From positions 9,276,035 to 9,340,034 of the forward strand of contig NC_081369.1 of the NCBI RefSeq assembly GCF_030684315.1: a DNA stretch of 64,000 bases. The letters run 5' to 3'. The notes under the pieces are model-generated. The model saw only the letters and a program-made list of their open reading frames with translations. It did not search any database and was not told where the DNA came from. The DNA is from Stegostoma tigrinum. Taxonomy: Eukaryota. Positions 46,154-59,370 of the stretch are shown piece by piece. The number at the start of each line of letters is the position of its first letter. The first letter of the stretch is position 1. The translations under genes were made by a program, and so were the position numbers.

Positions 46154-48179
46154 TTAGAATGTGTTAACGATATCACTAAAATGAAGTATGACATGGGCTG
46201 TATCGTAAGACTGTGTGCGTCACCATATTCAAGTACTTAAAAAAGGGTGTTTTCCTCATTTAACAACTATTCAACAACATTAAAGTCAGCAACATGTTTA
46301 TTTCATTGGCATGCACAGGGCATTGCTGTGTTCATTCCGACTATAATGTCTACCTAGAATGTACTCCATACATTTCAAAAAGTAACTGCTTTTAAGAAAA
46401 TTTACGAGTTCTTGAGTTGCGAAATGTTGCACATTTCTATTTGCTGTTTTTGCAGACCAAATACTGTGGAGAATATGCTGAAATCTTAAATTAATTTAAA
46501 AATCATTGCGTTGATCCAACTGGAGTATGGCTGTGGTTTTCTAGATGCCTGTCAGTTAAGTTAGACCAATTACTTTCATTTGCATCTACTTTATGAAGAG
46601 CATTCCTTAGGTCTGGAGTACCACCTCACACTGTAATGAAGCAACCATAAGTTAGTGTAACCAACAGTTCCATCAGTGACAAATTTGGTTGGCCTGTGCT
46701 TTGAGCTAGGAGCTAAATTACGATTGCACAATTAAGTTCACGAATGATTATTTTAGTTAATGATGTGATACTGTGTTTACCCCATTAACTCATGCAGTTT
46801 GAAGAAATTAGTTAAAGGTTAAAGCCCATGCTCGAAACTATTTCAAACCAACGTTGGTTCTTTCCATGTAATTTTAACGGAAACCTCAACTTCCCTATCA
46901 TGGCTATAACTTAAGACTGTGCTGAGATACTGTGACGTAAGAGATATGTTGGGCATTGTGTTTGATTTTCATTACTGTCTCTTGGAGCCATGTTTTGATT
47001 ATGTTTGGCTGTTGCAGAAATATTTCTTTCGTTCCCCTTGAATTATCTTAAATTTTTTTCCTATTATCTCCACTTCTTTGGAGAATAGCTGACTTTTGTT
47101 GGAAGATGATGATTTGCATACATAGATGCTTAATTAGCAACTTCCCTTATTTTGATTGATCTTTCTAGTGTGTACTGGTCTCCATGCTGCAGTAACCGCT
47201 ACCTGCTACAAATTGACCATGGAACGCAAAATGCTGACTGAGCAATGTCTAATATCCCTTCAGAATTCCCATGGGTATTTTGGTGCATCACACAACTTGG
47301 GCACAGGAACACATCATTTAGTCCAAAGATCAATGCTCCACATATATTTCCTCACATTACTTCATCTCATCTCACCAGAACCAGATCCTTCTATTTCCTG
47401 CTCCTTTATACTTAGCTAGTTCCAACTTAAATATATCATTTCACATCGTTGAACCACGCCACAAAAAGCTTAATTATCCCTTTTGCAATATTTTCTAACA
47501 GATATATATCAAGTGAAAAAAAAAATAAAGTTTGGGAAATTTTGTCTTCTCCTTGTCATCCCTTTTGGCGCTAATCAGGAAATGAATCTTCAATTGCTGG
47601 AGAACTTCATGACAATCTAGGAAAGTTGCCAATTCTCAGGTATTCTAATTTTGCTTCTGTTTGGATGAAAAATGACCAAGTACCGCCTTCGTTACGAAAG
47701 ACTTGAATATTGGAAAGCTCAAAATAAAGGAAGTTAATATTAAAATTACAACATTCTGTGCTAACACACACTCAGCAGCGCCTGAAAAGCTCAACACAAT
47801 CCACTAAAATTAAAATGAGAAACATAATTGCTGGATATTTGAAATAAGTGAAAATTATAGAAGATTATGGAGATATCGGTGAAGATCTGAAAAATAATAG
47901 GTCGGTTTGATTTTCGCCATCCTAATTCCCCCTTCATTTTAGGGACTCGTTGAAAACTGTTTGGAAATGTTTCATCTTCTGAAATTCTACAATTGTTAAT
48001 CCTGCTTCATTTTATGGTGGTTATTTCATATAGTCTTTTCGAGAGCTTTCTCTTTCAGTTCAGTTTTAGTGACATGATTTCCTCATGTTTCTGTTTACAG
48101 AAAGGGCTGTTCTCTATTTCAAGCAAATCCCGTCCTTATATCAAACAATGTTTGCGAAGCCTGAGGCGTGATTTGATAA

Positions 48180-48500
48180 ACAATTAAAATCAGTAAGACT
48201 AAAACTGTTTCAGAAGACATTACCACGTATGGGGCTGCAGGTCTAGAGGGCATAAATACGAATCCTACGGGTAACTCTGGAGAAACTTCTTCATCTCGAG
48301 AGTGGAATGTAGAATTCCTTACCATACGTTGAGGTGAATAGAATGGGTACATTTCACAAGAAAATCTATTTGAATGGACGAAGGAAATTTTAAGAGAATT
48401 TTCTTTCAAAAGATTTGGAAGGTGGCTTGTACGGAGCATAAACATGTGGACTGATTCGTCCGAATGACGTGCTTTTGATGAAGTAAATTGTAAAAGCACA
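48180..48500 (+). mobile_element. Decayed CR1 3' fragment
   Basis: gtctagagggcataaatac (SRGHKY) and gagaaacttcttc..gtggaatgtagaattccttacc. Confidence 0.6.
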
Positions 48501-49577
48501 CTGAAACAGTGAATGCAAAAGATGGTGTGTAAGAAGTCTGAGTAATGGTGGGACCTGAAATGTCCCCATTGTTTGAATTACTTCTCTTTTAATCGAAAAA
48601 TTAAGTCATTTCTCCCTTTGCCTTCCAGTCTGTTGGTGAGAGGAGTAAATGGGCGTGTGCATGTGCTTGATGAAGGGGTTGCTTGCATATTTTGCTTAGT
48701 TCAAGTTTAACCCTTCCGTTCTGAGGTAGCTGGCCGAAAAGTATCAAGGGTTACGGTGGCGTTACCAGGTATTTTGAATTGGTATTGAGGAAATTCCACG
48801 TTGGGTGGAGGTGGGGGTACTCCAGTGTGTGCAGCTTTTGTGAAGCATTAGGTGTGAAAATCTTCTGTCTGGAGTTAGCACAACACACTCGTGAGTAAAG
48901 GAATTTTGGCTGGAAAACACAGTTCGTTCCTTTTTCTTTCTTAGTACACCCCGAGACACCTATTGCTGTCACAAAAAAACGTAAACATTGACTTCAGTTA
49001 CAGATAAAAAAAATTCAGTGTGTGCTACAAAATAAAACCGCTGTTATTTCTGCTTCCAACGCATATCATGATCTGTAGATCTTGCCTACCAACTCAGCAT
49101 TGAAACCACAAGACATGCAAGCGTGATGGTGAATGATTGCACTTCACATGAGCTTGAGAGAGTGAAAAAAAAAGTGATCGCCCTGGCCCTGCCGTCCAGC
49201 TCAAACCAGCCGGGGATCTGTTGCTCAGCTGGGGTTAGGTTCAAACTATCAGTACGTCCCAAGAAACACAACTTCACCCTATTCTCACCTTGATCCTTCC
49301 TTGTACAGGTACATGTCTTCAATTCAACAACTGCTAGATAGAAAAAGCTGTAAAATGTGTAGGTGATATTAACTATGTATGGGCATGACTATTTATGCTG
49401 ATGTTGCGACAAGCTCTTTATGGAGTTTCTGGCCTTTCAGTGGAAGGGATACATCTGTGCAATCATAACTGCTGCTCCTGAGCCCTAGTTGTTCCCTTGT
49501 TTGCTGCTACAAGTTCCCGACACTCTGTCGTTCTCTTGTAAATAAATGTTTCGTATTTTTGTTTGTTTTTGCAACAG

Positions 49578-49865
49578 TTGCCGCTCGTATGACTCAATTT
49601 CTGCGATCGCCCAATGTAACAGTAAGACAGACCGTGACTTTTCACTGCTCGTTGCTGCTATTCCGAGGTAGGAACCAAGTCGTGGTGCGTTGGTGGAAAG
49701 CTGGTGACCAGGAATTCTTGAACTCAAAACAAGATTCCTGGAGAGTGTTTCACATTGAGAACGAAGCCAGCGCAAACCCACAATGTGCGTTTTAGAAATG
49801 TTGGCATCTGTTATTGCAGTTTGAACAGACTGGAAATGGAATCGGCATACAGCTGAATGTAAGCG
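49578..49865 (+). pseudogene. IgV pseudo-exon with J-like G strand
   Basis: Acceptor gtttttgcaacag; RMTQF..VTFHC..VVVRWWKAG..FHIENEASA, then +1 frame NVRFRNVGICYC, then back in frame TGNGIGIQLNVS. Confidence 0.9.
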
Positions 49866-52399
49866 GAGAGTAATCAACCCCAGCGACTTTGAAAATACGG
49901 CAGTTAGATGGACAGGAAGTTTGAAATGGCAGCTCTTCTGCTAATGATAATGCAAATGATTATTAATTTCTCCCCTATTACGGTAGGCTGAGAGAACACC
50001 CAGTGTGCAGCGGGCTAATGTATATGGAAAGGTGGAACAGCTTGGGTGCAGCATTCCCCAACATTACTCAGTGGCCGCAGGAAGTTGGCGCTCTTGTTGC
50101 TAAAATTTCAAATCGAAAAACTAGATGTTCAGCAATTGTCAGTGCAAAGCAAGAGGGGAAGTTGGCTACCACATGCTTCTGCTTAAGCTGCTATTTCGAA
50201 ATCTTATACCGCTGGTAGTCAAATGCATTTTTCAAAATGTACAACTCACAGCCTTCTCTGACTCACAATTCGAATTGTGATCTTAAATTAAGTGACCCAT
50301 TATCGCCCACCATCCACCCAGTGAAATCGCCAACTTATTCCAGACCATCCTTTACATGAGAATGAAACCCGCGACTTTCGAATACAATTCAAACATTTCA
50401 TTGCTAACCCCTTGTTGGGGATGTCCGAAATGAAAGTCACACACTTACCAATACCACAGCTAGATGTCTGCGGATCAGAATTATTTGAAACCCTATGCGT
50501 TCAACATTCCATCAGTTTTGCAAGAAAAGTTGAAAAGATTTCTGCAGGTTGGCGGCTTCGATAAATCCACTCACGTTGAATTATGCAATCCTGCATCCGA
50601 ACCATTCTGCAAGAGGGAGGGAAGGAAACATACATACGAAGTTCGTGAGATCGTGAAAAATTCGGTTTCTTGCCAAGGAAACATTTAACAGAGTTAGAAA
50701 AACAGAAGCGAGAATAAGCGGTATTGTTAAAACCCAAACAAATAACCTGGGCGCGGCGGGTGAAGACTATTTGATTTTATTTTTTTCTCTCGTTGTGACC
50801 ATAGAAACAAATGGAGATTTTCTTTTTTCTCTTGTTGGGTATCTGGAGCGAAATGTTTTTTTTAATTTCTCAACGTGTCACTCCAGCTAGCCAGCTATAT
50901 TATTCTCAGGAATTCATAGGAAACATACACAGGAACATGAAGGAGTTTCAAAGTAATTATGGCCAGATTATGGCAATCAGACAATCTTGGTTATTGCTCA
51001 CTTCTTGACCATCAAGCATCGACTATATGAACTGTACCTGTCGCTCTGCTGTCTTGATTTCATTTTTTAACCTGGATTTGCATCTTGGCGCAGGATCCAA
51101 CATGGTTCGTGTAACACCAAGTGTAACGATTCAATTACTCTTTGTATGGCCAAAATACAATAACGAACCTCTGTGCTCACTTTGCATCTGTCCCAAGTAG
51201 CATTGTAATTGAGATTATCCATTTAACGCAACTGCAAAAATTCAGAAAATCTTCCTGTCACTCTTAACTGTTATTGTGAAATATTGAAGAAACCGTACTC
51301 CATTGACTGCCCAAAGCTGTGTGTTAAAGTAGTCATTTGACCAAACACAGAGATTATACGTGAGAGAATTGCCTCTTTAACTAAAGGTATAAACACTATT
51401 TGAAGCCTTGCTGAAGCCGTCATTTTGGGAGTGACAATTATGGGTGAGTCGTCCTGTGTGAGAAGGGTTTGCAAGTCTTTAGTTCTTAAGAAGGCATCAC
51501 TGGACTCGAAACATCAAATGGTGCCAAACCAGTTGAGTTTCGCCAGCAATGTCTTCTTTTGCTTCAGATCTTTGGCATTCACAGTTCTTTGTTTTGTTTA
51601 TTTAAAGTTTTCTTCACCACATGCGAGCGTTTCTGCATGTGTTGTCAGTGAAACACCAATTGGATGGGCTTCAAATCTCGGTTGTTTTTTTTAGAAAAGA
51701 AATCTTCAGGGTCGTAGCACATAGCATTCCAATCAGAATATTTAGTACCTAAATGACAAAAATGTTTAACCATACAGCTTCCAGTCAAATATGCAGTCAT
51801 TCCAAATTTGCAGCAATTCAGAATGTTCAACTCTAACCACATTTTTCACAGCATTTCAAAGCTTGAATGAATTGAACAGTTCAAATGACCAGGCAATGAT
51901 TAGGGAAGAAAGATCAAGAACTGATTTTGAGAACTTGTAGTTTTAATCATCACGATCAAGCTGGCTATTTCATTTGTGATACACACCTTTTGGTGTGTAT
52001 TTTTTATATAAGCTGACAACTAGTTTTTCTTTTCACTCCCATAATACGTTTTGATGCTGGTGTCTCTTAAAATACTGTCAGTACAATGTCTGGAAGCTAA
52101 CCATATCAAATTCACCCATCATTAAATTGCAGGATCTGATCAGATTATCCAGGCTTCAGTATTTCCATTTTATTGGCAGGGTTGGAATGTATATAATTAA
52201 TAGTATCAGTAATCAGCCCAATAATTCATCTCTTGTCCATGGTTCCAAGCTATTGTTTCATCGAAGAATGTTTTGCATTGCTGAGAGTGTAGCTTGCAAA
52301 GCCTAGAATTTGCATAGATGCAATGGGGAAATAGACTGTTCAGCTCCCCTAGATATTGTTAAATGTAAGGACGTAAAAAGCAGAAACTGCTGCATAGCA

Positions 52400-52960
52400 T
52401 TTAATGCTACAATTCTTTTCAATATCCATTCATTCCTTTGGTCCCACTGAGATTATTGATCTCAATCTTGACTAAATTCAACAAATGGACATCCACGACC
52501 CCTAGGATTCGAAACTGTCTGGCCTTTGATCAGAGATCACAGCCATGGGGAATACTTTCCAATCTAACCATTCCCTCAAAATATTTTGCATGTTTCAATT
52601 AGATCAACTCTAAATCTTGCCAATTCTGGGCAGTAAAGGAGCAATTTGCACAAACTTTTCAAAGGACAGAGATAGTAGAAACTGCCAGTTCTGGAGAATC
52701 TGAGATAACACGGTGTGAAGCTGGATGAACACAGCAGGCCAAGCAGCTTCAGAGGAGTCGGAAATTTTGACATTTCGGGTCTCGACGCTCCTCTGATGCT
52801 GCTTGACCTGCTGTGTTCATCCAGCCTCACGCCATGTTAGCTCTTTTCAAAGGACAGTTGCCTTCTCTTGTGAGCCCTAGAGTCTTTCTTTGAGTAAGAT
52901 GGCCAAAGCTGTATGCAGTACCTCAGGTCCGAGCTGATCAGTGCCCTTTGTAGCTGTGGG
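52400..52960 (-). mobile_element. Decayed CR1 fragment with nested palindromic Penelope-terminal repeat (52670-52842)
   Basis: Inverted gctggatgaacacagcagg / cctgctgtgttcatccagc; cttttcaaaggacag is duplicated on both sides. Confidence 0.7.
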
Positions 52961-53599
52961 AAGGCATTTTTATTTCAGACTTAATTAAATAATTGAATTT
53001 AAATCCATACTTTTGTATAATCTGTCCTAACTTAGTTGTCTGCTTTGGCTATTACACGAGCTGCCTGCTTGAAGTACGAATCTCAGAAGATGAGAACAGA
53101 GAGGCACAACAAATAATTGACATAATAATTTGTAATAAGTGGCAATTAAAAAAAAATAAAACAGCACAGGCTACGGGTAACTGAGAAATGCTGTCTTCCT
53201 ATCCATTCAAATTCTTTCAAGTCACAAAAATGCACTATGTAATTGAAATCAGTGGATGGTGCTCCTTTATGAGATTTAGTGTGTAAATATCGTTGCCATA
53301 CACTAATCACATAGCATAAGCAAACAGGAACAATCAGCTTTAATGTTTGATTGCACTTACTATTACAGGATTAAGATTTAATAATTTAGCAAGCAAAAGG
53401 TAAAATAAATTCCCAGTTACAATAGCCATGTGTTTTCTTACCTTTCCCATGATCTTCTAAAGCTATTTGGCAAGTCCATATCAGTAGTTATAGAACATAG
53501 AATAATACAGCGCAGAATGTCCTTAAATTTTAAATTAATTTAGACAGAATCTGTCATCAGAGATTTAAGACACAGAAGCTCTGAAACATAATGTGGTCC

Positions 53600-53700
53600 C
53601 TCAAGGAATTGTAAAGGATTCCTTGATCTTTTTATAAACAAGAGCAGAGGAAGTCTCGCAGTGTCCTGGCCACCACATTTCTCTCAACTCATCTTGTTGA
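53600..53700 (+). mobile_element. DeuSINE-like (SacSINE1/AmnSINE1-type) fragment
   Basis: gtaaaggattcc..aagagcagaggaagtctc..gtgtcctggcca resembles the Deu domain; a longer decayed copy lies at ~59705-59940. Confidence 0.5.
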
Positions 53701-54219
53701 GGCAAATGAACGTACTTTTATCCAGGTGAATGCTCTGGAAAAGAACATTTTCTTTATTTGAGCATTGAATACATCCAATTCAAATATGATGCGGATAATA
53801 TCAAAAGCGTAACTGTCTTACCTCCATCTTTAGAAAAGTGCCATCATCAAAGCATTAACTCACCAGTTTTTTTCACTGCTGTTCATGTGGAATGTGTAAA
53901 TTTTAAAACAAATCAATTGCTATGCTAATTGTTTTGGTGCACAGCATACAGGAGCTAGAATCAAATGTTCAAACTCACAACTCGGCTACTTAAAGAGGAA
54001 GTTCACGGATTTGAAGTTGTAGCCTGGTCCATATTGGAATATTGAATATCTGATGTGTTTTTGTACAGGCAGTTTATACTGCTTATACTTCACAACATCA
54101 TCTGTATAGTGCCATCAGTACAAACTGGGATATTGAAGTTCATTAAGCACCTGTCGATCTAAAGCATGATCATTTTCCTTCTAAAATTAAATTTCTTTTT
54201 TTTTGTGTGCCTCTTGCAG

Positions 54220-54334
54220 ATTGTAGTCCCAATGCATCCATTCTTTGCCGGACGTACTTCTGTGTAGCAACATCTTTCTTATTACTGATTAGTCTTGCAC
54301 ATTTACAGTAGTTGTAAATGCTGAAAATATAAAG
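54220..54334 (+). pseudogene. Transmembrane pseudo-exon of the second paralog
   Basis: Strong acceptor (T-run..ctcttgcag) and donor AAG|gtaaga; reads (D)CSPNASILCRTYFCVATSFLLLISLAHL then frameshift/stops; 115 nt. Confidence 0.6.
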
Positions 54335-55129
54335 GTAAGACAGGCGTATAGTTACATTAATAGTTGGATTTCTAGACCTAATATTAATGAGTAATGTAAA
54401 TACACAAATGATATCAAGTAGAAAAGTCACTTGAAACTAAAATTAATCTGCAGTAACTCATTTTTGGAAACAAATGCATTCCTTAACCTTGTAGTTCACA
54501 TTCAATTCAACTTATTTTTGAGTTCATCAGAGTATAACATTACTGTTGTAAACATCAAGAACATCCAGATTAGATGAGCGCATTTACAGGCAGAGAAAAG
54601 TTCCTCCCACAGTCTGCACTGATATCATACAACTCAAAGGGTCAGAATTCCAGGTGCCGATGCAGGCAAGATTAGTCGTGGGAAACGCAGATGACTTGTC
54701 AGTTTTAGAGTTCCACTAGATTACATTGCTATTTCTCAAGTAAATGTAGTGCTAAAGTAAGTGGAAAAATGTAAACCTTCAATAAACAATAAGAACACTA
54801 GAACTAGGGGCAGTCATAGGCCATCTGGTTTGTATGGCCTGCTTTGCCACTCAATAGAATTATGACATATCTTGATTTTTTACTTTATCTTTCTGGTAGT
54901 TCACCTAATAGCTTGATTCCATGAAACACCAAAAATCTAGCTTTAAACATTTTTGAAGATGCCACACCCACAACCCTCTGGGAAGAAAATTCCCAATATT
55001 CAAAACCCATACTGAGGAATCACTATGGGAAACAGCCCGTTTAAAATTTATGCAAACGGAGAGCTAGGCACAGAACTCTTCCATCACCTACAAATGCATT
55101 CATCTTAAAGTAGCCATGTACAGGGATAG

Positions 55130-56860
55130 TAATAATGAGTTGTATCCTAACGTTAGGCTGGGCAGCTTTTGCTACCTACATGCAATTCAGGCCTATGATA
55201 AGATGGTAACATAGTATAGAGAACATTGCAGGCAGCATCATGACAAATTAGTTTGCTATCATACGAGAGAGTAATATTTTCATGGAGAGATTCCGCAGAA
55301 TGCTTGTGGTACAGAAGGTTCTGAGTTTTTGTATGTACGAATCAAAAATAATTAACACATGGATACAAAGATAATTAGAATGTTCTCCCTTATTGTGAGA
55401 AGTGTGGAGTGTAAAAGTAGAGGCATGTTCTGTAGTTGTGCAAGCCATTGGTGAGACACATCGAGTACCCCGTACAATTTAGTCTCATAACTTAATTAGA
55501 TGATATTTGCAGTGGTGGAAGTAGAGAGAACATTTATTAGCTTTAATCCTGATATGTACGGGCTGCCTTGAGATTGAACATTGAGCAAGTTGGATTTGTA
55601 GTCATTGGATTTTAAAAAAATGAAATCTGATGTTATTAAATTATGTAAGATTCTGGGGTAGTTTACAGAATAGTTGCTGAAAGGATATCACCACAGCAGA
55701 GAATCAACAAAAAAGGACAGAGTTTTAAAAGAAATGGGTGTTCCATTTAAGATTGGCATGTGGAAGATTTGTTTTCTTGTCAGAAGGTAAGTTAATGTTT
55801 GGAATCTTTTACTTAGGAAGCTGTGGGGGTCAAATAATTGATTAGACAGATTTTTGATGTACAAGCCAGTATGAGGTTAATGTCCATTGTGAGTTGGGTG
55901 TGGGGCATAGTGATTGTAATCAAGCATTGAAGTCATAGACTCAATCAGATTAACCTTGATTTTATTGAATAGTACTGCAGGCTTGAAAAACCAAACGGCT
56001 TACTCCTTCTCCTATTTCATTTGTTTTTATGAGGGAACGGGTATTTCTATTCCCACAATTTGCCTGCAGGCTCAAGACATGCCTACAGTTCCATTCTAAA
56101 AAAAAATTTCAAACCTTTTATTAATCCCTTTGCCCTAAGCTTTGCCAAAGGTTTCTAAATGCCTGAAATGGCTTTCCGAACTTTCAAACTTTCCGAATAT
56201 TTGGCATCAATTGTGACTTTGCACTTAATTCTTCCTTTCAATCTGAGTGCATAAATGTTCTCCTTCCACTATTACTTGTCTTTTCCATCTGCTTGACTCT
56301 AAACATTCCTGTGAATAGTTATGCAGATAAGTTCACATCAGAACTTTCAATGCAAAAGAACGCTTCTTAACACTTCTTAGAACTCATGTTGCCAAGTTTG
56401 GAGTTTTTGAGCTATTGGGACAGGCTGAATGGCCTGAGGCTATTTTGCCTGGAGCATTGGAGGTTGAGAGTTGACTTTATAGAAGATTATAAAATCATGA
56501 GGGGCATGGATAGAGTAAATAGATAAAGTCTTAACTGCGGAGTGGGGGGAGTCCAAAACTAGAGGCAATCTGTTTAAGATGAGACGGGAAAGATTTAAAA
56601 GGGATGTAAGGGACATCATTTCATGCAGATCATGTGGCTTGTATGGAATGAACTGTCAGAGGATATGGTAGAGATTGGTCCAATTACAACATTTAAAAGG
56701 CATCTGGATGAATACATGAACAGGAGGGTTGAGAGAAATATGTGCCAAATGATGGTAAATGGGACTAGATTAATTTAGAATATCTGGTTGGCGTGCAAGT
56801 GTTGGACTGAAAGGCCTGTTTCCGTGCTGTTTATTTCTATAACTCCACGACTCTATAACT
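55130..56860 (+). mobile_element. Two decayed CR1 3' fragments (55130-56030, 56380-56860)
   Basis: CR1 ORF2 C-terminal signatures and tails (ggactgaaaggcctgtttccgtgctg). Confidence 0.75.
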
Positions 56861-58309
56861 AGGTTTTCTTTTATGCTTCTTGCAATAAACCAAGTCTAGC
56901 CTCTTGTTTGATTGTGCAATTCATAGGCCTTCATGCACTGAATTATCTTGTCACCATTGGTCACTGAGTCTCCCAGAAGTCAGCCCGAAATGTTGCTTTC
57001 AAGAAGGTCATTTCCACTTTAAGACTGAATGTATATGTTGCTTTCAGCAGTTCCTTGTTTTAAATATTATCTTGGATTCATATCAATATAGGCTCCTCTA
57101 CGTCTAATTATACAGTTCTCTCTTTTTCTACTTCATGTGTGAGATGTGGGCCTCACTGGATGGCCTATATTATCACCAGTCGCCAGCTGCCCCTGAACTG
57201 AATGGTTCACTAAGTATTTTGAACGGAAGTTGAGACTCAACAACATTACCTAAGATTGTTTGTATTTAAACCTGATTTATTTCAACTTTAGTTCATTTTC
57301 AGTTAAAATCTGTGAACTAAAATATCCAATGCTCCATTTATCTTTGGCTCGTAGCTGAAGCATCTCAAATTGATTATAATTAATGCAGTTTGATTTTCAC
57401 TTTTGCATGTAATTTTTCTCCTGCATCTATTGTAACTTTCATAACTAATGAGTTATGGAAGTTACTGCATGATACAAGTATGATGTGTTCTCAATTATGT
57501 CACTATATCATAGATATATGTTAATGTTTTATATACACACATCTTTTATTTACATATTTGTTTATTTTATTGTATATCGGCAGTGTACTGTTAAAATGTC
57601 TTAAACTAAGGACATATTTGGAGAAGGTGTACGTTTTTATGAGTTTTCTCCCTCTTGCATCTGTAGCTTTTAGGGCAATTTATTTAAAAACACGTTGATA
57701 AACCTTTCTCCCCCCCCGAATCTCTGTGGTTCATTTGTCCTTTGACTTCAGTATAGTAGAAGATTGTCAAGGCTAGGTCATTAAGTGCATTCAAGGCTGT
57801 GATAAATACATTTTTAATCAGGAAGTGAATTAAAGGTTTGGGTGATGACATTAGCTGGCAAGCTTACAATTAACTTGCAGACTCAGGGAATCAATGGGTG
57901 GATGGTGATCAAAAGGCCCCTGGTTTTCAATTCACTCATCAGGCTCAAACACACCTGCATTGGGAATAGATAATGCAGCTCCCAGCTGGTGTAGTATAAG
58001 TTAGGATTTGAAATGTGTTTGTAGCCAAGTTTTCGAAACAATCAAACAAATTATATCAACCTGCTCACTAAGCTCTGTTTAATATCTCCCATCGCTGGAG
58101 CCAATGAATGGATAGCCAAGCTAGACAACACAATATAAGCTTCTCCCATAACATAATAGTAATAGATTTATGGAGAACTGTAAGAGCATTAATCAGTGTA
58201 TCCTTGATTTATGTTTGTTGAAATCCAAATGCTTTCAGTATACTTTAACAGCAAATAAGAAGGTTTTATATAACTGTTTCTTTTATACAAACGGTAGCAT
58301 TTTATATTT

Positions 58310-59080
58310 TAATGGGATGGGAAATCAATAATAAGGCCAACATTTGCAGACCAGACCTTTTTGCTCTTGACAAACTTGTAGCATGCCGCATTTCTGTACT
58401 TCTGCAGACTATTTGATGTAGATAGGCACACTACTGTTTTTAGGAAATGAGTTCCAGGATCTCGCCTACCAACAGTGAAGGAATGATGATATAGTTCAAA
58501 AGCAGGATGGTGTGAAAAGGAACTTCCAGGCAGTGTTCTCCAGGGTATGATACCCAGTCCTTGTTGACCTTAAAAGCTACAAGTTTTTAGTTAGTGAATG
58601 TATCTTTCATATAGTACACAATACTGCCAGTGCTGTTTTCTGTGGTGCACATATTATCAATGTCAGGAGGATTGAATATTCGATTTGGTAGAAGACAGGG
58701 TTTATTGGCCTGAATGATGACAAACCTCATGAGTGGGAATACTGCAACATACAGCCAGACAAGTGGAGAATATTCCATTACACTTCTGAATTGTGCCATG
58801 CAGACTGTGGATGTGCTTTGGGAAATCAGGACGTGAGTTACTTGCTACAGTCTTCCGGGCTTCTGACTTTCTCTTCCAGCTACGATAATTAAATGGCTGG
58901 TGCAGTTAAGTTTCTGGTCAATGCTAACCCCCAGGTTTTTGATGGTAGGATATTAGCTGATGCTAATGCCATTGCAGTTCAAAGTGAAATGCTTTGATGC
59001 TCTCTTATTGGAGATGGCCATTGCCTGGCATTTGTGTAATAAAAACTGTTATTGCCATTTAGAAGTCCAAGTCTGAATGT
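58310..59080 (-). mobile_element. Decayed LINE 3' fragment of a second CR1/L2-type family
   Basis: Minus ORF AQFRSVMEYSPLVW resembles the conserved RS.MEY...W motif; a matching + strand tail is at ~4400-4597. Confidence 0.7.
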
Positions 59081-59184
59081 TAGATCTGATAAGATGCTAA
59101 TGTTACACATTTTAACAAATTAAACATAGTGATACTTGGTTTATAGATTAATGTATGAATTCATAATGCAGTTATGCAAACCAA

Positions 59185-59370
59185 GCCGTGTAGAAACTCA
59201 GCAGCTCTGGCAGCTTCTGTGGACAGAGAAACAGAGTTAGTGTTTCAAGTCTGGTATGACTCTTTGGAAGTTCTGAAGGAGAGTCATGTTTGAGTCAAAC
59301 CATCAACTTCACTTTTTTCACCACAGATGTTTCCAAACCTTCTGAGTTTCTTCAAGAACTTTTGTTCCCA
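59185..59370. repeat. Old palindromic Penelope-derived repeat (same family as 23960-24058)
   Basis: Inverted arms aaactcagcag..ctgtgga / ccacagatg..ctgagtttc around a decayed ctgaagga..caaac core. Confidence 0.6.

Larger units (their letters stand above)
49254..54334 (+). pseudogene. Pseudogene paralog of the IgV receptor gene (leader, V and TM exons all disabled)
   Basis: Leader 49254-49308 (55 nt, ACG in place of ATG), V 49578-49865 (two frameshifts, stop, donor gagagt), TM 54220-54334 (frameshift, stops). No convincing C1 exon was found. Confidence 0.75.

Noticed and set aside
51240-51400. ENLPVTLNCYCE and KGINT resembling parts of the C1 exon
   Set aside because: Spacing differs from the real C1 exon, the FYP, W and YxC hallmarks are missing, and there is no acceptor; may be chance.
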